A stretch of 64,000 nucleotides of DNA from Planctomycetota bacterium (GCA_038213805.1 JBBQSO010000016.1:11571-75570), one strand, 5' to 3'; shown: positions 9,724 to 19,821, counted from the stretch's first letter. The notes: generated from the letters alone by a model not told the origin. Numbers and translations: made by a program.

Positions 9724-9972
9724 TCACCTCCCTCCACGCTTCCGCTCCTCCTCCCGCGCGCGTTTCCTATCCCGCCCGCGCATCCAGAAGAACAGCGACA
9801 CCCCCACCACTAGGACCAGCAGGGGCGCCACCAGGATCGCCGCCTTGCCGAGATAGCGCACCAGCAGCGAGACCGCCATCAGCACCAGCACAAAGCCCGC
9901 GATGCGCGCGACACGGCTGCCGAGGTAGTGGCCGACGTGCACGGTGAGCCGCCAGCGGTCGCGCAGCTTCAT
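9724..9972 (-). CDS. Small two-TM hypothetical membrane protein
   Basis: 82 aa from ATG 9972; two hydrophobic helices and a basic tail. Confidence 0.55.
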   Translation of the reverse strand: MKLRDRWRLTVHVGHYLGSRVARIAGFVLVLMAVSLLVRYLGKAAILVAPLLVLVVGVSLFFWMRGRDRKRAREEERKRGGR

Positions 9973-10107
9973 GAAATAACTAACCTGCTCGCCGTCGCAT
10001 CCCGCAGACGATTCCGGTGCTCCATGCATGTGATCTAGCGATGGGGCCGACGAAACCAATCGACCAAGCCACACAGCCTCGGACAATTGAGTCGTCGAGA
10101 CGATCCC

Positions 10108-11577
10108 TCAGGGCGCAGCGACGACATCGATGACCACCTCATTGGCCACCGCAACGCCGGCGTGATAACTCAGGCGATGCCGACCGGGTTTGATCGCGGC
10201 CGCGGCCAGGGTACAGACCTCGACCCAGGTGCCGTGCTGGCGGATCGTGAAGCACCCATCAAAAGCAGCACCAGTATCCGGATGGTCGACGCCATCGATG
10301 ACGAAAGCGCTGTCGCCACAGCCCTGCATGAACCGCATGGCATCAGCTTCGCGCCCGCCAAGATTTTCGATCAGCAACGCGATGCGACAACCCTTCCCGG
10401 ACACCGTCCGCGCGTACGGCAGCAGGAGGAGTCGCACGCCGGCGGTGGGCTGACCCCATGACGCGGTCAGGCGCAGCAGGGCGATCTCCGGTCGCTCCCC
10501 TCCAAGCCAATGCTTATCCCACATCAAGATATCGGCATCAGGGTGGGCGCTTCTGCAGATCCGCGCCACCGCCGGCACGGCCGGGGCATAGCGCAGGCTC
10601 GCAAGAACCTTAGCGTACCGCGCCTGGAGGTACGGATCCTCGGTCTTTTCCAGCATCCTGAGCACTGCGGGGGCGGCGGGCTGGTAGGCAATGCGCTCAA
10701 GGGCCTGAACCACGCTTTCCCGAGTCTCGGAATCCTGCAGGTGGGCGAAGTCGTCGAGTAGGACCGGTCCGCATTCTGGCGTCGCGATCTGCGCCAAACC
10801 CCACGCCACCTCGCGTTGCCTTACTATGCCGTCCTGGGTGAGTTCCATGAGACCTAGAGTTGGTAGGAGCGCGGCGACCGCCGCGTCTCCACCGTGGTGC
10901 GCGAGAATGCTGATCGCGGCGGTCGCCGCCTGAAGGTCCTCATCACGCACCGTCTGGGTGAAGACCGTGACCGCCGGAATGTCAAGCGCGGCGAAGGAAG
11001 TGATGGCGGCACCGCGGCCGACAGCAGTCGTGACCTGGCGTGCACAGAGCTCGCTCGCATGGCGATCTGCCGCAGCGGCGCTGGCCGGGGTTGCGAATGG
11101 AGGCGCCTCCTGCGGCACGTGCGCTGCCAACACCCTTCCGCCCTCGCCAGGGAGCCCATCGAGCAGCTCACGCACATGCGATGGGCGCTCCTCGGCGCGC
11201 ATGGCGATCAACACCCCATCACGGCGCATCAGGTCGAAGGGCACCGCGACTGCCTGAAAGCCGACCCAATCCGCCGGTAGCACCCACAGGTCGCGCACCG
11301 GAGGCACCGACATTATGCGCAGGTGTACCCCGCCCCGGAGAGCCTGCCACGTCGCCGGTATCCCATCGTCGGCCACCACGGTCTGGGACCATGGCCGCCC
11401 GCTGAGGCGGGCGACAAATGCCTCGACCGCCGGCCCCGCACCCGTGCCGGCTCCATCGCCCTGAGCCATGGCCGCCTCCGCGGCGCCAACCGAGCCCAGT
11501 GCTGCCCTTGTCAAGAGCGCTATGGACCACAGCGGGATGAACCGGACGGCAGCTCGTGGCGCTAAGTCGGACCTCAT
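10108..11577 (-). CDS. HEAT/PBS-lyase-repeat-like secreted hypothetical protein
   Basis: Signal-like N-terminus; helical repeats REVAWGLAQI, RESVVQALERIAYQPAAPAV, AKVLASLRYAPAVPAV. Start uncertain. Confidence 0.6.
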   Translation of the reverse strand: MRSDLAPRAAVRFIPLWSIALLTRAALGSVGAAEAAMAQGDGAGTGAGPAVEAFVARLSGRPWSQTVVADDGIPATWQALRGGVHLRIMSVPPVRDLWVLPADWVGFQAVAVPFDLMRRDGVLIAMRAEERPSHVRELLDGLPGEGGRVLAAHVPQEAPPFATPASAAAADRHASELCARQVTTAVGRGAAITSFAALDIPAVTVFTQTVRDEDLQAATAAISILAHHGGDAAVAALLPTLGLMELTQDGIVRQREVAWGLAQIATPECGPVLLDDFAHLQDSETRESVVQALERIAYQPAAPAVLRMLEKTEDPYLQARYAKVLASLRYAPAVPAVARICRSAHPDADILMWDKHWLGGERPEIALLRLTASWGQPTAGVRLLLLPYARTVSGKGCRIALLIENLGGREADAMRFMQGCGDSAFVIDGVDHPDTGAAFDGCFTIRQHGTWVEVCTLAAAAIKPGRHRLSYHAGVAVANEVVIDVVAAP

Positions 11578-11836
11578 TGGCACAGGTGAACGATGCTAGA
11601 ACCGTGAAGTTCGCCACCAACTGCGTTCCGGCGTCTCAACCCGCATACCAAAAACCTGGAATCAAAGACCGCTGCCCTCTGTTCTCGCCTCTCCCTCGCG
11701 CGCCTCGCCGCCCCCGCCCCCACCCCCACCCTCGCAGGTAGACTGCCCGCCCCTCCCCCCTATCGTGCGCCCTCCTTTCCGCCTCCCCGCCCCGGGCCGT
11801 ACAGGTCCGTGGGCTGCCCCGCCGCTGGAGCCCCGC

Positions 11837-12496
11837 ATGCGCCTGCCCGCCCTCTACCTGACCTCGATCATCTGCGGTTTCTGCATGATGGCCCTGGAGA
11901 TCCTCGGCGGGCGTTTCATCCAGCCGATCTTCGGTTCGTCGATCGACGTGTGGGCGGCGATCATCTCGGTGTTCATCCTGTCGCTGTCGATCGGCTACGT
12001 GATCGGCGGACGCATTGCCGACCGCGCGCGCACTAATCAGCCGCTCGGCTGGCTGATCATCGGCGCCGGCATCTTCTACTGCCTGATGCCGTGGTACGGA
12101 ACGCCCTTCATGGAGGCGCTCGGCGAGAGCGTGCACACCGCGCGCTGGGGCGTGCTGCTCGCGGCCCTGGTGCTGTACCTGCCGCCCTCGCTGCTGCTCG
12201 GCACGGTCTCGCCGATCCTGGTCAAGCTGGTGTTCACCGGCGCCGACAAGGTCGGCAGCACCACCGGCACGCTCTACGCCGTCGGCTCGATCGGCAACGT
12301 GCTCGGCATCCTGGTCGCTGACTACGTGCTGCTGAAGTACGTCGGACTCAACGCCAACATCTTCTCGATGGGCGTGATCCTCGGCGTGCTCGGCGTCGCC
12401 CACCTGCTGATCACCATCGCCGCCACCTCGCCCGCGGCAGCCGCGGCCAGCCAGGCACCGGCCGCAGCCACAGCCGTGCCCGGAACCACGGTATGA
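11837..12496 (+). CDS. Membrane protein resembling the TM part of fused MFS/spermidine synthase proteins
   Basis: MALEILGGRFIQPIFGSSIDVWAAIISV...LSIGYVIGGRIAD and GTLYAVGSIGNVLG. Stop overlaps the start of the next gene. Confidence 0.85.
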   Translation: MRLPALYLTSIICGFCMMALEILGGRFIQPIFGSSIDVWAAIISVFILSLSIGYVIGGRIADRARTNQPLGWLIIGAGIFYCLMPWYGTPFMEALGESVHTARWGVLLAALVLYLPPSLLLGTVSPILVKLVFTGADKVGSTTGTLYAVGSIGNVLGILVADYVLLKYVGLNANIFSMGVILGVLGVAHLLITIAATSPAAAAASQAPAAATAVPGTTV

Positions 12497-14079
12497 AGTC
12501 TGCGCTGTTCGGCATCGCCGCGATGGTCGCCGCCGCGGTCACCGGTTACACCCTGCAGGATGAGCCCTACCGTCTGCGCGCCGCCTTCCAGGCCGCCGAC
12601 CAGGCCGCCCTCGACCACCGCGACAGTCCGTACTCGAACATCACCTGGGTGGCGAGCGCTGACGAGAATTATCTGCAGCTGCGCTTCTTCGACCGGGTCG
12701 AGGGCGGCGTCTGCTTGCACCCGTCGTGGGGCGAGCTGATCGCGCTGGCCGGCAAGGATCCGCACCTGGCCCACCTGGTGCCCAAGCCCGAAGAGCTGCC
12801 GAAGCTGCCCGCCGGCCCGATGTGGCCGTACAGTTGGCTGCCCGACCCGGGCACGGTCAGCAACTCCGCCTACGTGCGCCTGTTCCCCGCGGGCGTGCTG
12901 CTCAACCAGAAGGTGATGGCCGCGGCGGGCGGCGACTGGCGCGCCGCCGCGCCGCGCGTGATGGTCATCGGCCTGGGCTCGGGCATCGGCATCGCCACCC
13001 TCGCCCACCACTTCCCCAAGGCCGCCATCACCGTCGTCGACATCGACCAGGCGGTCATCGACATGGTCAGGGACCACTACCCGCTGATGCGCTGGCTGAC
13101 CACGCAAAAGCTGGCCGACGGTACCCCGCGCCTGCGCTTCGTCGCGCGCGACGCCCGCCAGTACCTGCAGTACGATGCGACCCGCGAGAAGCCCTACGAC
13201 CTGATCGTGCTCGACGCCTACACCTCGGGATCGACCATCCCGCCGCACCTGATGACGCGCGAGTTCTTCGCCCAGTGCGCCGCCGTGCTCGACGAATCCG
13301 GCATGGTCCTGGCGAACGTCATCGGCAGCTACGAGCGCGACCCGCAGTCACCCGGAGACAAGCGTCTGGTCACCGGCGGCGCCGTGCGCACCTTCCGCGC
13401 CGCCGGCCTGGCCAGCGTGTGGAACTTCCCGATCCTGTCGAGCAACGAGAGCCCCGGCAGCTTCAACGACACGCGCCAGCGCAACAACATCGTCATCGCC
13501 AGCCGCCGGAAGCTTAGCCCGCATGACAACGTGGGCGGCTGGGAGCGCCTGCGCGGCTTCACGCTTTATCCCGAGCTGCCGCTCGGCACCTGGATGACGG
13601 ACAGCTACATCCTGATCGATTCCGAGCATTCGCGCTACGCCAGCGCCTGGGTGCCGGCCAGCGTGCTCGGCGCCACCGACGCCAAGCTGCGTGCGCGCAT
13701 GGAGCCCGAGAAGAACGCCCCCGACGCCATGACCGCCCCGCGTTCCTGGCGCAGCAGCGACCGCGAGCTCATGGACCAGGTCTACACCGCCGTGGCGCAG
13801 ACCTACCTCGGGCAGCACCTGCCCCTGCCAAAGGGCTGGGACGACCGCGGCAGCGCCAACGCCCTCGAACGCCGTGAATCCGACTGGGTGGCCTTCGCCC
13901 GCGAGACCTTCCGCGTCAGCGTGGCCACCGCCAAGGACAGCAACAAGCACAGCGGCGAGGCCCTGACCGGCGACCTGCCCGAAGGCCCCGAACGCGACGC
14001 CATGGTCCCCAACTGGATCATTCCGGACGCGCCGCTGTTCACGGACCAGATGCCGAACGCGGACATCTACAACAACTGA
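12493..14079 (+). CDS. Spermidine-synthase-like class I SAM-dependent transferase
   Basis: DSPYSNI, VMVIGLGSG, VVDID, DARQYL, YDLIVLDAY, PPHLMTREFF. Confidence 0.85.
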   Translation: MKSALFGIAAMVAAAVTGYTLQDEPYRLRAAFQAADQAALDHRDSPYSNITWVASADENYLQLRFFDRVEGGVCLHPSWGELIALAGKDPHLAHLVPKPEELPKLPAGPMWPYSWLPDPGTVSNSAYVRLFPAGVLLNQKVMAAAGGDWRAAAPRVMVIGLGSGIGIATLAHHFPKAAITVVDIDQAVIDMVRDHYPLMRWLTTQKLADGTPRLRFVARDARQYLQYDATREKPYDLIVLDAYTSGSTIPPHLMTREFFAQCAAVLDESGMVLANVIGSYERDPQSPGDKRLVTGGAVRTFRAAGLASVWNFPILSSNESPGSFNDTRQRNNIVIASRRKLSPHDNVGGWERLRGFTLYPELPLGTWMTDSYILIDSEHSRYASAWVPASVLGATDAKLRARMEPEKNAPDAMTAPRSWRSSDRELMDQVYTAVAQTYLGQHLPLPKGWDDRGSANALERRESDWVAFARETFRVSVATAKDSNKHSGEALTGDLPEGPERDAMVPNWIIPDAPLFTDQMPNADIYNN

Positions 14080-14118
14080 GACGCTTGCCGATCGACGACG
14101 GATGGAGAGACCGCAGAC

Positions 14119-14255
14119 GATCGAACAGGAGGCGCGGAGCGGCGGAGGTCGGATGAGGACGGCCTGGGGCGGGATGTCCAGGCTGCTGGGGTCCGGCGTG
14201 GCCCACCCGATCTCCCCTCCTCCGACCTCTGTGGCTCCGCGCCTCCTGTTCGATC
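14119..14255. repeat. 40-bp imperfect inverted repeat between convergent genes
   Basis: 14119-14158 against 14216-14255: 36/40 complementary, outer 22 bp perfect, 57-nt spacer. Confidence 0.9.
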
Positions 14256-14274
14256 CGGCTGTCCGCTCGACCCG

Positions 14275-14943
14275 TCAGAACCGGTAGCCGACCGACAACG
14301 CGCCGCCGAAGGTGGTGAAGCGGTTGCTCGCCTCATAGCTGCCGCCGGTGCCGTCGAAGCGGTTCGAGAAGTTGATGTAGTGACGGATGAGGGAGACGTT
14401 GAGGCCGATCTCGAGGTGCTCGAGCACCGCGGCGTAGGCGCCGATCGCGCCGCCGGCGGCCAGGTAGGCGCCCTTGCCACGCGCTTCAAAGGTACCATTG
14501 GTGCCGACATCAAGGTCTTCTTTGCTGGCTCGGCCAAGGTTGACCAGCGGGCCCGCTTCAAGATGCAGCCAATCGGTGATCGGGAAGGCCAAGCCGACCT
14601 CAAGGGTCACCGAGTAGATGGTGGTCTTGAGATCGGTGCCGCTCGCGCTGTCGGAAGCGGTGATGTAGTTGCCGGCCACCGCCAGCATCAGTCCGGGTCC
14701 GTCGCGCAGGTCGGCAAGGGTGTAGCCGAGCGAGACACCCTTGAACTTCTTGCTGCCCACATGGTCGGCGGAATCGCCGGCGGCCCGCGTCGAGGTCAAA
14801 CCCGGGGTGTAAACGTACTCCGTGGACGCGTTCTTCTCGCTCTCCGACACCACGCTCAGGCGCAGGTCGCGGACCAGGCCCTCAACGCCGGGAGCGGCAC
14901 CCATGGCGACGACGAGCAGGGTAGCGGTGACGATGGCTTTCAT
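14275..14943 (-). CDS. Putative outer-membrane beta-barrel protein
   Basis: Signal peptide, amphipathic strands, C-terminal ALSVGYRF. Alternative start at 14970. Confidence 0.7.
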   Translation of the reverse strand: MKAIVTATLLVVAMGAAPGVEGLVRDLRLSVVSESEKNASTEYVYTPGLTSTRAAGDSADHVGSKKFKGVSLGYTLADLRDGPGLMLAVAGNYITASDSASGTDLKTTIYSVTLEVGLAFPITDWLHLEAGPLVNLGRASKEDLDVGTNGTFEARGKGAYLAAGGAIGAYAAVLEHLEIGLNVSLIRHYINFSNRFDGTGGSYEASNRFTTFGGALSVGYRF

Positions 14944-15147
14944 GGCGGGATTCCTGGGGCGTTCGGCCACGGCGGGTCGCGCGGCGGGTCAAGGGCGACG
15001 AGGGCGAAGGGTGCTCCTAACCGTATCCGCGCGGCAGAGCCAGCATCATCTGACCCGCGCGTCGAAAAGCGATGCGGACACCCGCCCGTGCCGCAGCCCC
15101 AGTCCCCCGACGTTGACCCGGCACCGCCCGGCGCCTAACTGGCTGGC

Positions 15148-16047
15148 ATGGCCACCGTCCTGACCATCACCGCCAATCCCCTGCTCGACCACCTCGCTGA
15201 GGCGCGTCTCGAACTGGGCAAGGTCACCCGCGTGTCGCGTTTCACGCCGGTCCCGGGCGGCAAAGGGCTGAACGTCGCGCGCGTCCTGGCGCGGCACGGC
15301 CACCGCGTGGTGGCGGCGGGCTTCGCCGGCGGCCCGGGCGGCGCCCTGATCGCCGACCTGATCGCCGCCGACGGCGTCGAACCCTGCCTGACTGCGACCG
15401 CGGCGCGCACGCGCATCGGCTTCCAGGTCAGCGCCCCGCAGCGCGGCACCACCGCCTTGCTTGAAGACGGCGTGCCGATCAGCGCCGAGGAGTGCGGCGC
15501 CCTGCTGCGCCAGGTGCGCAGCCTGCTGCCCGGCACCGCGCTGGTGGTGATCGGCGGCTCGGTGCCCGACGCCAGCACCTGCAGCGGACTCTACCGCCAG
15601 ATCCTTGACGCCTGCGCCACCGCCAACGTGCCGTGCTGGGTCGACGCCTACGGCCCAGCCATGGACGAGGCCCTCGCCGGCGCTCATCCCCCGCTGCTCG
15701 CCAAACCCAACCGCCAGGAATACGGCAAGGGCCGCAAATGGCTCGCCTGCCGTGAACTGCACCTGACCGATGGCGGCGCAGAGGTCAAAGTGCGCCACCC
15801 CGATGGCCGCTACCGCGTCATCCCGCCGACGGTGGTCGAGCTCAACCCGGTGGGCAGCGGCGATTGCTACATCGCCGGCCTGGCCCACGCGCGCCTGAGC
15901 GGCGCCGCGCTGCCCGACCAACTGCGCTACGCCGCAGCAGCCGGCGCGGCGAACGCCGCGCGCGCCGACGTGGCGCGCATCGGTCCACACGACATCGAAC
16001 CGTTGCTGGACGGCGTCGAACTCATCCCCCTCGGCGAACAGCCATGA
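15148..16047 (+). CDS. 1-phosphofructokinase family (PfkB) carbohydrate kinase
   Basis: TITANPLLD, PGGKGLNVARVL, KPNRQE, NPVGSGDC. Confidence 0.92.
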   Translation: MATVLTITANPLLDHLAEARLELGKVTRVSRFTPVPGGKGLNVARVLARHGHRVVAAGFAGGPGGALIADLIAADGVEPCLTATAARTRIGFQVSAPQRGTTALLEDGVPISAEECGALLRQVRSLLPGTALVVIGGSVPDASTCSGLYRQILDACATANVPCWVDAYGPAMDEALAGAHPPLLAKPNRQEYGKGRKWLACRELHLTDGGAEVKVRHPDGRYRVIPPTVVELNPVGSGDCYIAGLAHARLSGAALPDQLRYAAAAGAANAARADVARIGPHDIEPLLDGVELIPLGEQP

Positions 16048-16451
16048 GCATGCTCAAGCCCTGCTACCTGTCGCAAATCCTGATCGACGAGCAGGCCGAC
16101 CAGCAGGTCATCTTCGTCACCGAGCAGGGCGGCACGCGGCGCATCCCGATCGTCATCGGCCCGCTCGAAGCGATGGCCATCGACCGCGCGGTGAAGGGTC
16201 AGCGCTTCGAGCGTCCGCTGACCCACGACCTGTTCGTGTCGCTGATGACCGCCACCCGCCACAAATGCCGCGAGGTGCGCATCGTCGACCTCAAAGCTGG
16301 CACTTTCTTCGCCCAGCTGGTGCTGATCGGCGACGATGGCCGCGAGATCGCCCTCGACTGCCGGCCCTCGGACGCCATCGCGCTGATGGTACGGCTGCCG
16401 GACACGGCGCTGCTGGTGGCGGAGGATGTGCTGGCGGAGGCGGGGAGCTGA
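16044..16451 (+). CDS. Bifunctional nuclease family (DUF151) protein
   Basis: IPIVIGPLEAMAI, RPLTHDL, GTFFAQL, DCRPSDAIAL. Confidence 0.92.
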   Translation: MSMLKPCYLSQILIDEQADQQVIFVTEQGGTRRIPIVIGPLEAMAIDRAVKGQRFERPLTHDLFVSLMTATRHKCREVRIVDLKAGTFFAQLVLIGDDGREIALDCRPSDAIALMVRLPDTALLVAEDVLAEAGS

Positions 16452-16494
16452 GCGCCGGTATGCCGCGAAGTGCGAGTCTTTAGCCTGCGCGAGG

Positions 16495-16803
16495 CTAGTC
16501 CCTGATCAGTTCCACGGTCTGGCATCTCCACACGCCAAGACCTTCGATGACTGTTCCATGGGTCATACCCGCGGCGTCCGGGGGCTTCCCGTCCTGGTGG
16601 CACGCCGTCTCCCACAACACGAAGATCTGCAGGTGCGGTCCGATGCTCGGATGGCCATGCATGGTGACGATGACATGCGCACCAGGCGGGAGATGCTCGT
16701 TCAACGTCCGCGTGAGGCACCGTTTCTCCCAGGCGATCCTGCCCCACACCACGGCCGTCAGTGCGAGGAGGACCGCCGTGATGGTGATGAGCACGACCTT
16801 CAT
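16495..16803 (-). CDS. Small hypothetical protein with N-terminal TM/signal
   Basis: MKVVLITITAVLLALTAVVWG; 102 aa; no recognised motif. Confidence 0.45.
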   Translation of the reverse strand: MKVVLITITAVLLALTAVVWGRIAWEKRCLTRTLNEHLPPGAHVIVTMHGHPSIGPHLQIFVLWETACHQDGKPPDAAGMTHGTVIEGLGVWRCQTVELIRD

Positions 16804-16858
16804 GGATCCCCTCGCATGTAGCGCTGCGCGCACGACCGCTCGCCCTGATTGCCGCGCG

Positions 16859-17188
16859 TCACCAGGTCTTGAAGGACCGGCTTACCAGCTCGACGAGGAC
16901 CTGCGCGTTCGCGTTCCTGCGCACAGTCCGCCGATCCGTCACGATTCGGTCGAGCTTCATGAGCGGATAGAAGACCAGGCAGGCGCGGTCGTCCGCCGCG
17001 ACCACGGTGGCAATGGTGGGCCCGCGGGAATGGAGATCGTCGGTGGCGGACGTCCTGCCGTCCGCCCACACGAATAGGACTTCTCCCGCATCGATGCGGT
17101 AGACAGCGTACGCGATAACGTAGACCATCGCCAAGGCGAATGCGATGGTCGAGAGCAGGTAGGTGCGCGAAAACCTGGTGGTGGCCAT
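16859..17188 (-). CDS. Small hypothetical membrane-anchored protein
   Basis: 109 aa with an N-terminal TM and VFYPLMKLDR; upstream gtgag could be an RBS. Confidence 0.5.
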   Translation of the reverse strand: MATTRFSRTYLLSTIAFALAMVYVIAYAVYRIDAGEVLFVWADGRTSATDDLHSRGPTIATVVAADDRACLVFYPLMKLDRIVTDRRTVRRNANAQVLVELVSRSFKTW

Positions 17189-17213
17189 GCGGGGCTCACG
17201 ACGTGCCGGCTGT

Positions 17214-18146
17214 TCAATCCACCCATGCCAACAGATTGTCCCCGATCGCCTGCTGCACATCCGCCGGGAAGCGGTGGTCGTAATCCCCGGCCAGCACCAC
17301 CACGCGTGCGCGCGGCAATTCGACCTGGCGCCGCGCGACCGCGTTCAGCACCGGCTCCATCGCCTCGGGCATGGCGACGCGGTCGCTGCGACCGTAGCTG
17401 ATGCCGATCGGGCGTGGCAGCAGGTCGGCGACCACGTCGGCCTGGTCGAGGCCGAGCGCGAGCAGGCCCGGCAGCAGAGTGTGGCGCGGCAGCAGGCGGC
17501 CGTGGCTGAGCAGCACGCCCAGTTGGCCCAGCCCAGAGTGCAGCCACACCGCGCCGACCCGGCGATCGACCCAGGCCAGCCAGGCCGCAGCGCGCGCGCC
17601 CATGCCGTAGCCGAGAACCGAGACCGTCAAGCCGTCGGTCTTCTCATAATCGAGCAGCGCCGCGACGCCGGCACGCAACTGGTCGAGGGCGAGGCTGAGC
17701 AGGCTGCTGCCGTGCGCCAGGGCATGCGACAGGCAGAGCTCCTCCCAGCGCTGGTCGACGGGCATGCCGGGTGGGGCCTGCTGCTGTCCGAAGCAGGGCA
17801 GGTCGGGGCACAGCACCACGAAGCCGCGCGCCGCCAGGGTCACGCCGTAGTGGTGCTCGCGCTGGCCGCGCTGGCCGGCGAGCTCGTCGCCACCCTGGGC
17901 GAAGGCGTCGCCGTGCGGGTGCAGAGCGATCAGGCCAGGCCACGGACCGGCTCCCAGCGACGGACGCAGCAGCCACGCCGACAGCCGGCGCACCTCGCCG
18001 CCCGGCCCGCGCGTGGCATAGCTGACGCGCTGACGCCGCACTGCTCCGGAGACGAACGGCACGCCCTCGACGCGCAACTCGTGTTCGGGCAGTTCGTGTG
18101 AGAGCTTCAGCAGGCCGAGGACGGCAGCGCGTTGATCCGGGGTCAT
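17214..18146 (-). CDS. Dienelactone-hydrolase-like alpha/beta hydrolase
   Basis: PGLIALHPHG, LAARGFVVLCPDLPCFG, YDHRF. The nucleophile elbow reads GYGMG. Confidence 0.8.
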   Translation of the reverse strand: MTPDQRAAVLGLLKLSHELPEHELRVEGVPFVSGAVRRQRVSYATRGPGGEVRRLSAWLLRPSLGAGPWPGLIALHPHGDAFAQGGDELAGQRGQREHHYGVTLAARGFVVLCPDLPCFGQQQAPPGMPVDQRWEELCLSHALAHGSSLLSLALDQLRAGVAALLDYEKTDGLTVSVLGYGMGARAAAWLAWVDRRVGAVWLHSGLGQLGVLLSHGRLLPRHTLLPGLLALGLDQADVVADLLPRPIGISYGRSDRVAMPEAMEPVLNAVARRQVELPRARVVVLAGDYDHRFPADVQQAIGDNLLAWVD

Positions 18147-18365
18147 GGCGGGAAGATACCTTTGGCTGGCGGAGTTGCCAACGGTCGGGATTCGGCACTC
18201 CGCTGCGCTCGCAGCGGGTGAGTGGTGCGGGACAGCGGCGACGGCGTGCCCCAGGACGCCCCGAACATCCGGGGCTCCGCCCACGACGCGGCTGCTTCGC
18301 CACCTCCGCCCAAAAGTCCTGGCCTCCCCCATTGTCCCCGGCGATTTTCCTGGTCCCATGGGCCC

Positions 18366-19811
18366 ATGCGCCCCGCACAGAATCCCTTCGCTCCCCGTCA
18401 GTACGGCAGCCTCGAACGCCTCGGCAGCCGGGTGCATGTCTACCGCAACATCGTCAACAGCACGGTGCTGGTCGGCGCGCGCGGCATGGCCGTGGTCGAC
18501 ACCCAGGTCAACCACGCCCTGGCGCGCCGCCTGCTGGGCCTGATCCAGCGCGAGTTCCCCGGCAAGCCCCTGCTGTACGCGGTCAACACCCACTACCATT
18601 GGGACCACACCAACGGCAACGCGGTGTTCAAAGAAGCCGGTGCCACCCTGGTCGCCAGCCGCCGCACCGCCGCGGCGATGGTCGAGCGCGCGCCGCGCCA
18701 GAAGGGCTTCCTGTCCGGCCGCGGCTTCGAGCTCGGCCCCGATCCGCTGCAGCCCGACCTCTTCGCCGACGACGTCCAGGCCCTCGACCTGGGCGGCCTG
18801 ACCCTGGAGCTGAAGCTTGGCCACGACGCCGAGACCGCCGACCCGACGCTGGTGTGGGTGCCCGAGGAGCGCGTTTTGGTCGCCGGCGACACGGTGATGA
18901 CCGGCAGCTTCCCGATCTTTGGCCAGCCCAGCCAGAACGAGGGCCTGCAGGACGATAGCTGGCTGCAGGCCATCGACGAAGTGCGCGGCTTCCGCCCCAA
19001 CCACGTCGTCCCCGGCCACGGCCCGGTCGCGCACGAGCCCGAACTCGCCCTGCTCGAGCGCATCTGCCGCTACTTCCTCGACCAGGTGCGCGTCCACCAC
19101 CAGGCGGGCCGCAGCCTGGAAGAAACCATCCGCGTGATGGAGGACGACATGCCGGCCTGGATCACGCGCATCCCCGAGGTCTGGGGCACGCCTCGCTACG
19201 CCATCCTGCGCGCGTGGGCCGGACTCGCCGACCTCGGCCAGCCCGGCTGGCAACACGTCAAGCCGAGCGCCATCCCCGCCGGAGAACCGCTCGAGGCGCC
19301 ACTGCCAGACGACCTCGCCGCGTGGACCGAACTCGTCCAGCAGCTTGGCGAAGGCGGCGACATGGGCGCCGCGGTGACTGCCGCGCGCGCCGCCACCGCG
19401 GCGCACCCGGATGCGCCCGAGGCGTGGTGCCAGCTCGCCGCGACCCTGATCACCGCCAGCCGCGGCATCGCCTCGGTGTTGGAAAAGGGCGACTGCTTCG
19501 ACGCCGCACGCCAGGCCGTTGAGCGCGCCCTGGCCATTGACCCGGGGCACGGCGCCAGCCTGCTCCAGTCCGGCCAGTTCCACACCATGATGGCCTACCG
19601 CAACGGCGACGACCCCGGACGCGGCGAAGTCCTGCTCGAACGCGCCGCCGCCGACCCGCGCCTGACCCGCCGCCAGCGCGCCGAGATTGCCTTCTACCGC
19701 GGCATCGCCGCGCGCGCACGCGGCGACGAGCCCGCCGCCAAGGCGCGCTTCGGCGAATCGCTGGCGACGGATCCGTCCTACAAGGCGGCGATGATCGCGC
19801 AGATGGGGTGA
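18366..19811 (+). CDS. Metallo-beta-lactamase-fold hydrolase with C-terminal TPR repeats
   Basis: VVDT, NTHYHWDHTNGN, LVAGD, VPGHG; helical TPR-like C-terminus (ERALAIDPGH, ESLATDPSY). Confidence 0.88.
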   Translation: MRPAQNPFAPRQYGSLERLGSRVHVYRNIVNSTVLVGARGMAVVDTQVNHALARRLLGLIQREFPGKPLLYAVNTHYHWDHTNGNAVFKEAGATLVASRRTAAAMVERAPRQKGFLSGRGFELGPDPLQPDLFADDVQALDLGGLTLELKLGHDAETADPTLVWVPEERVLVAGDTVMTGSFPIFGQPSQNEGLQDDSWLQAIDEVRGFRPNHVVPGHGPVAHEPELALLERICRYFLDQVRVHHQAGRSLEETIRVMEDDMPAWITRIPEVWGTPRYAILRAWAGLADLGQPGWQHVKPSAIPAGEPLEAPLPDDLAAWTELVQQLGEGGDMGAAVTAARAATAAHPDAPEAWCQLAATLITASRGIASVLEKGDCFDAARQAVERALAIDPGHGASLLQSGQFHTMMAYRNGDDPGRGEVLLERAAADPRLTRRQRAEIAFYRGIAARARGDEPAAKARFGESLATDPSYKAAMIAQMG

Positions 19812-19821
19812 CCCCCCGGCG

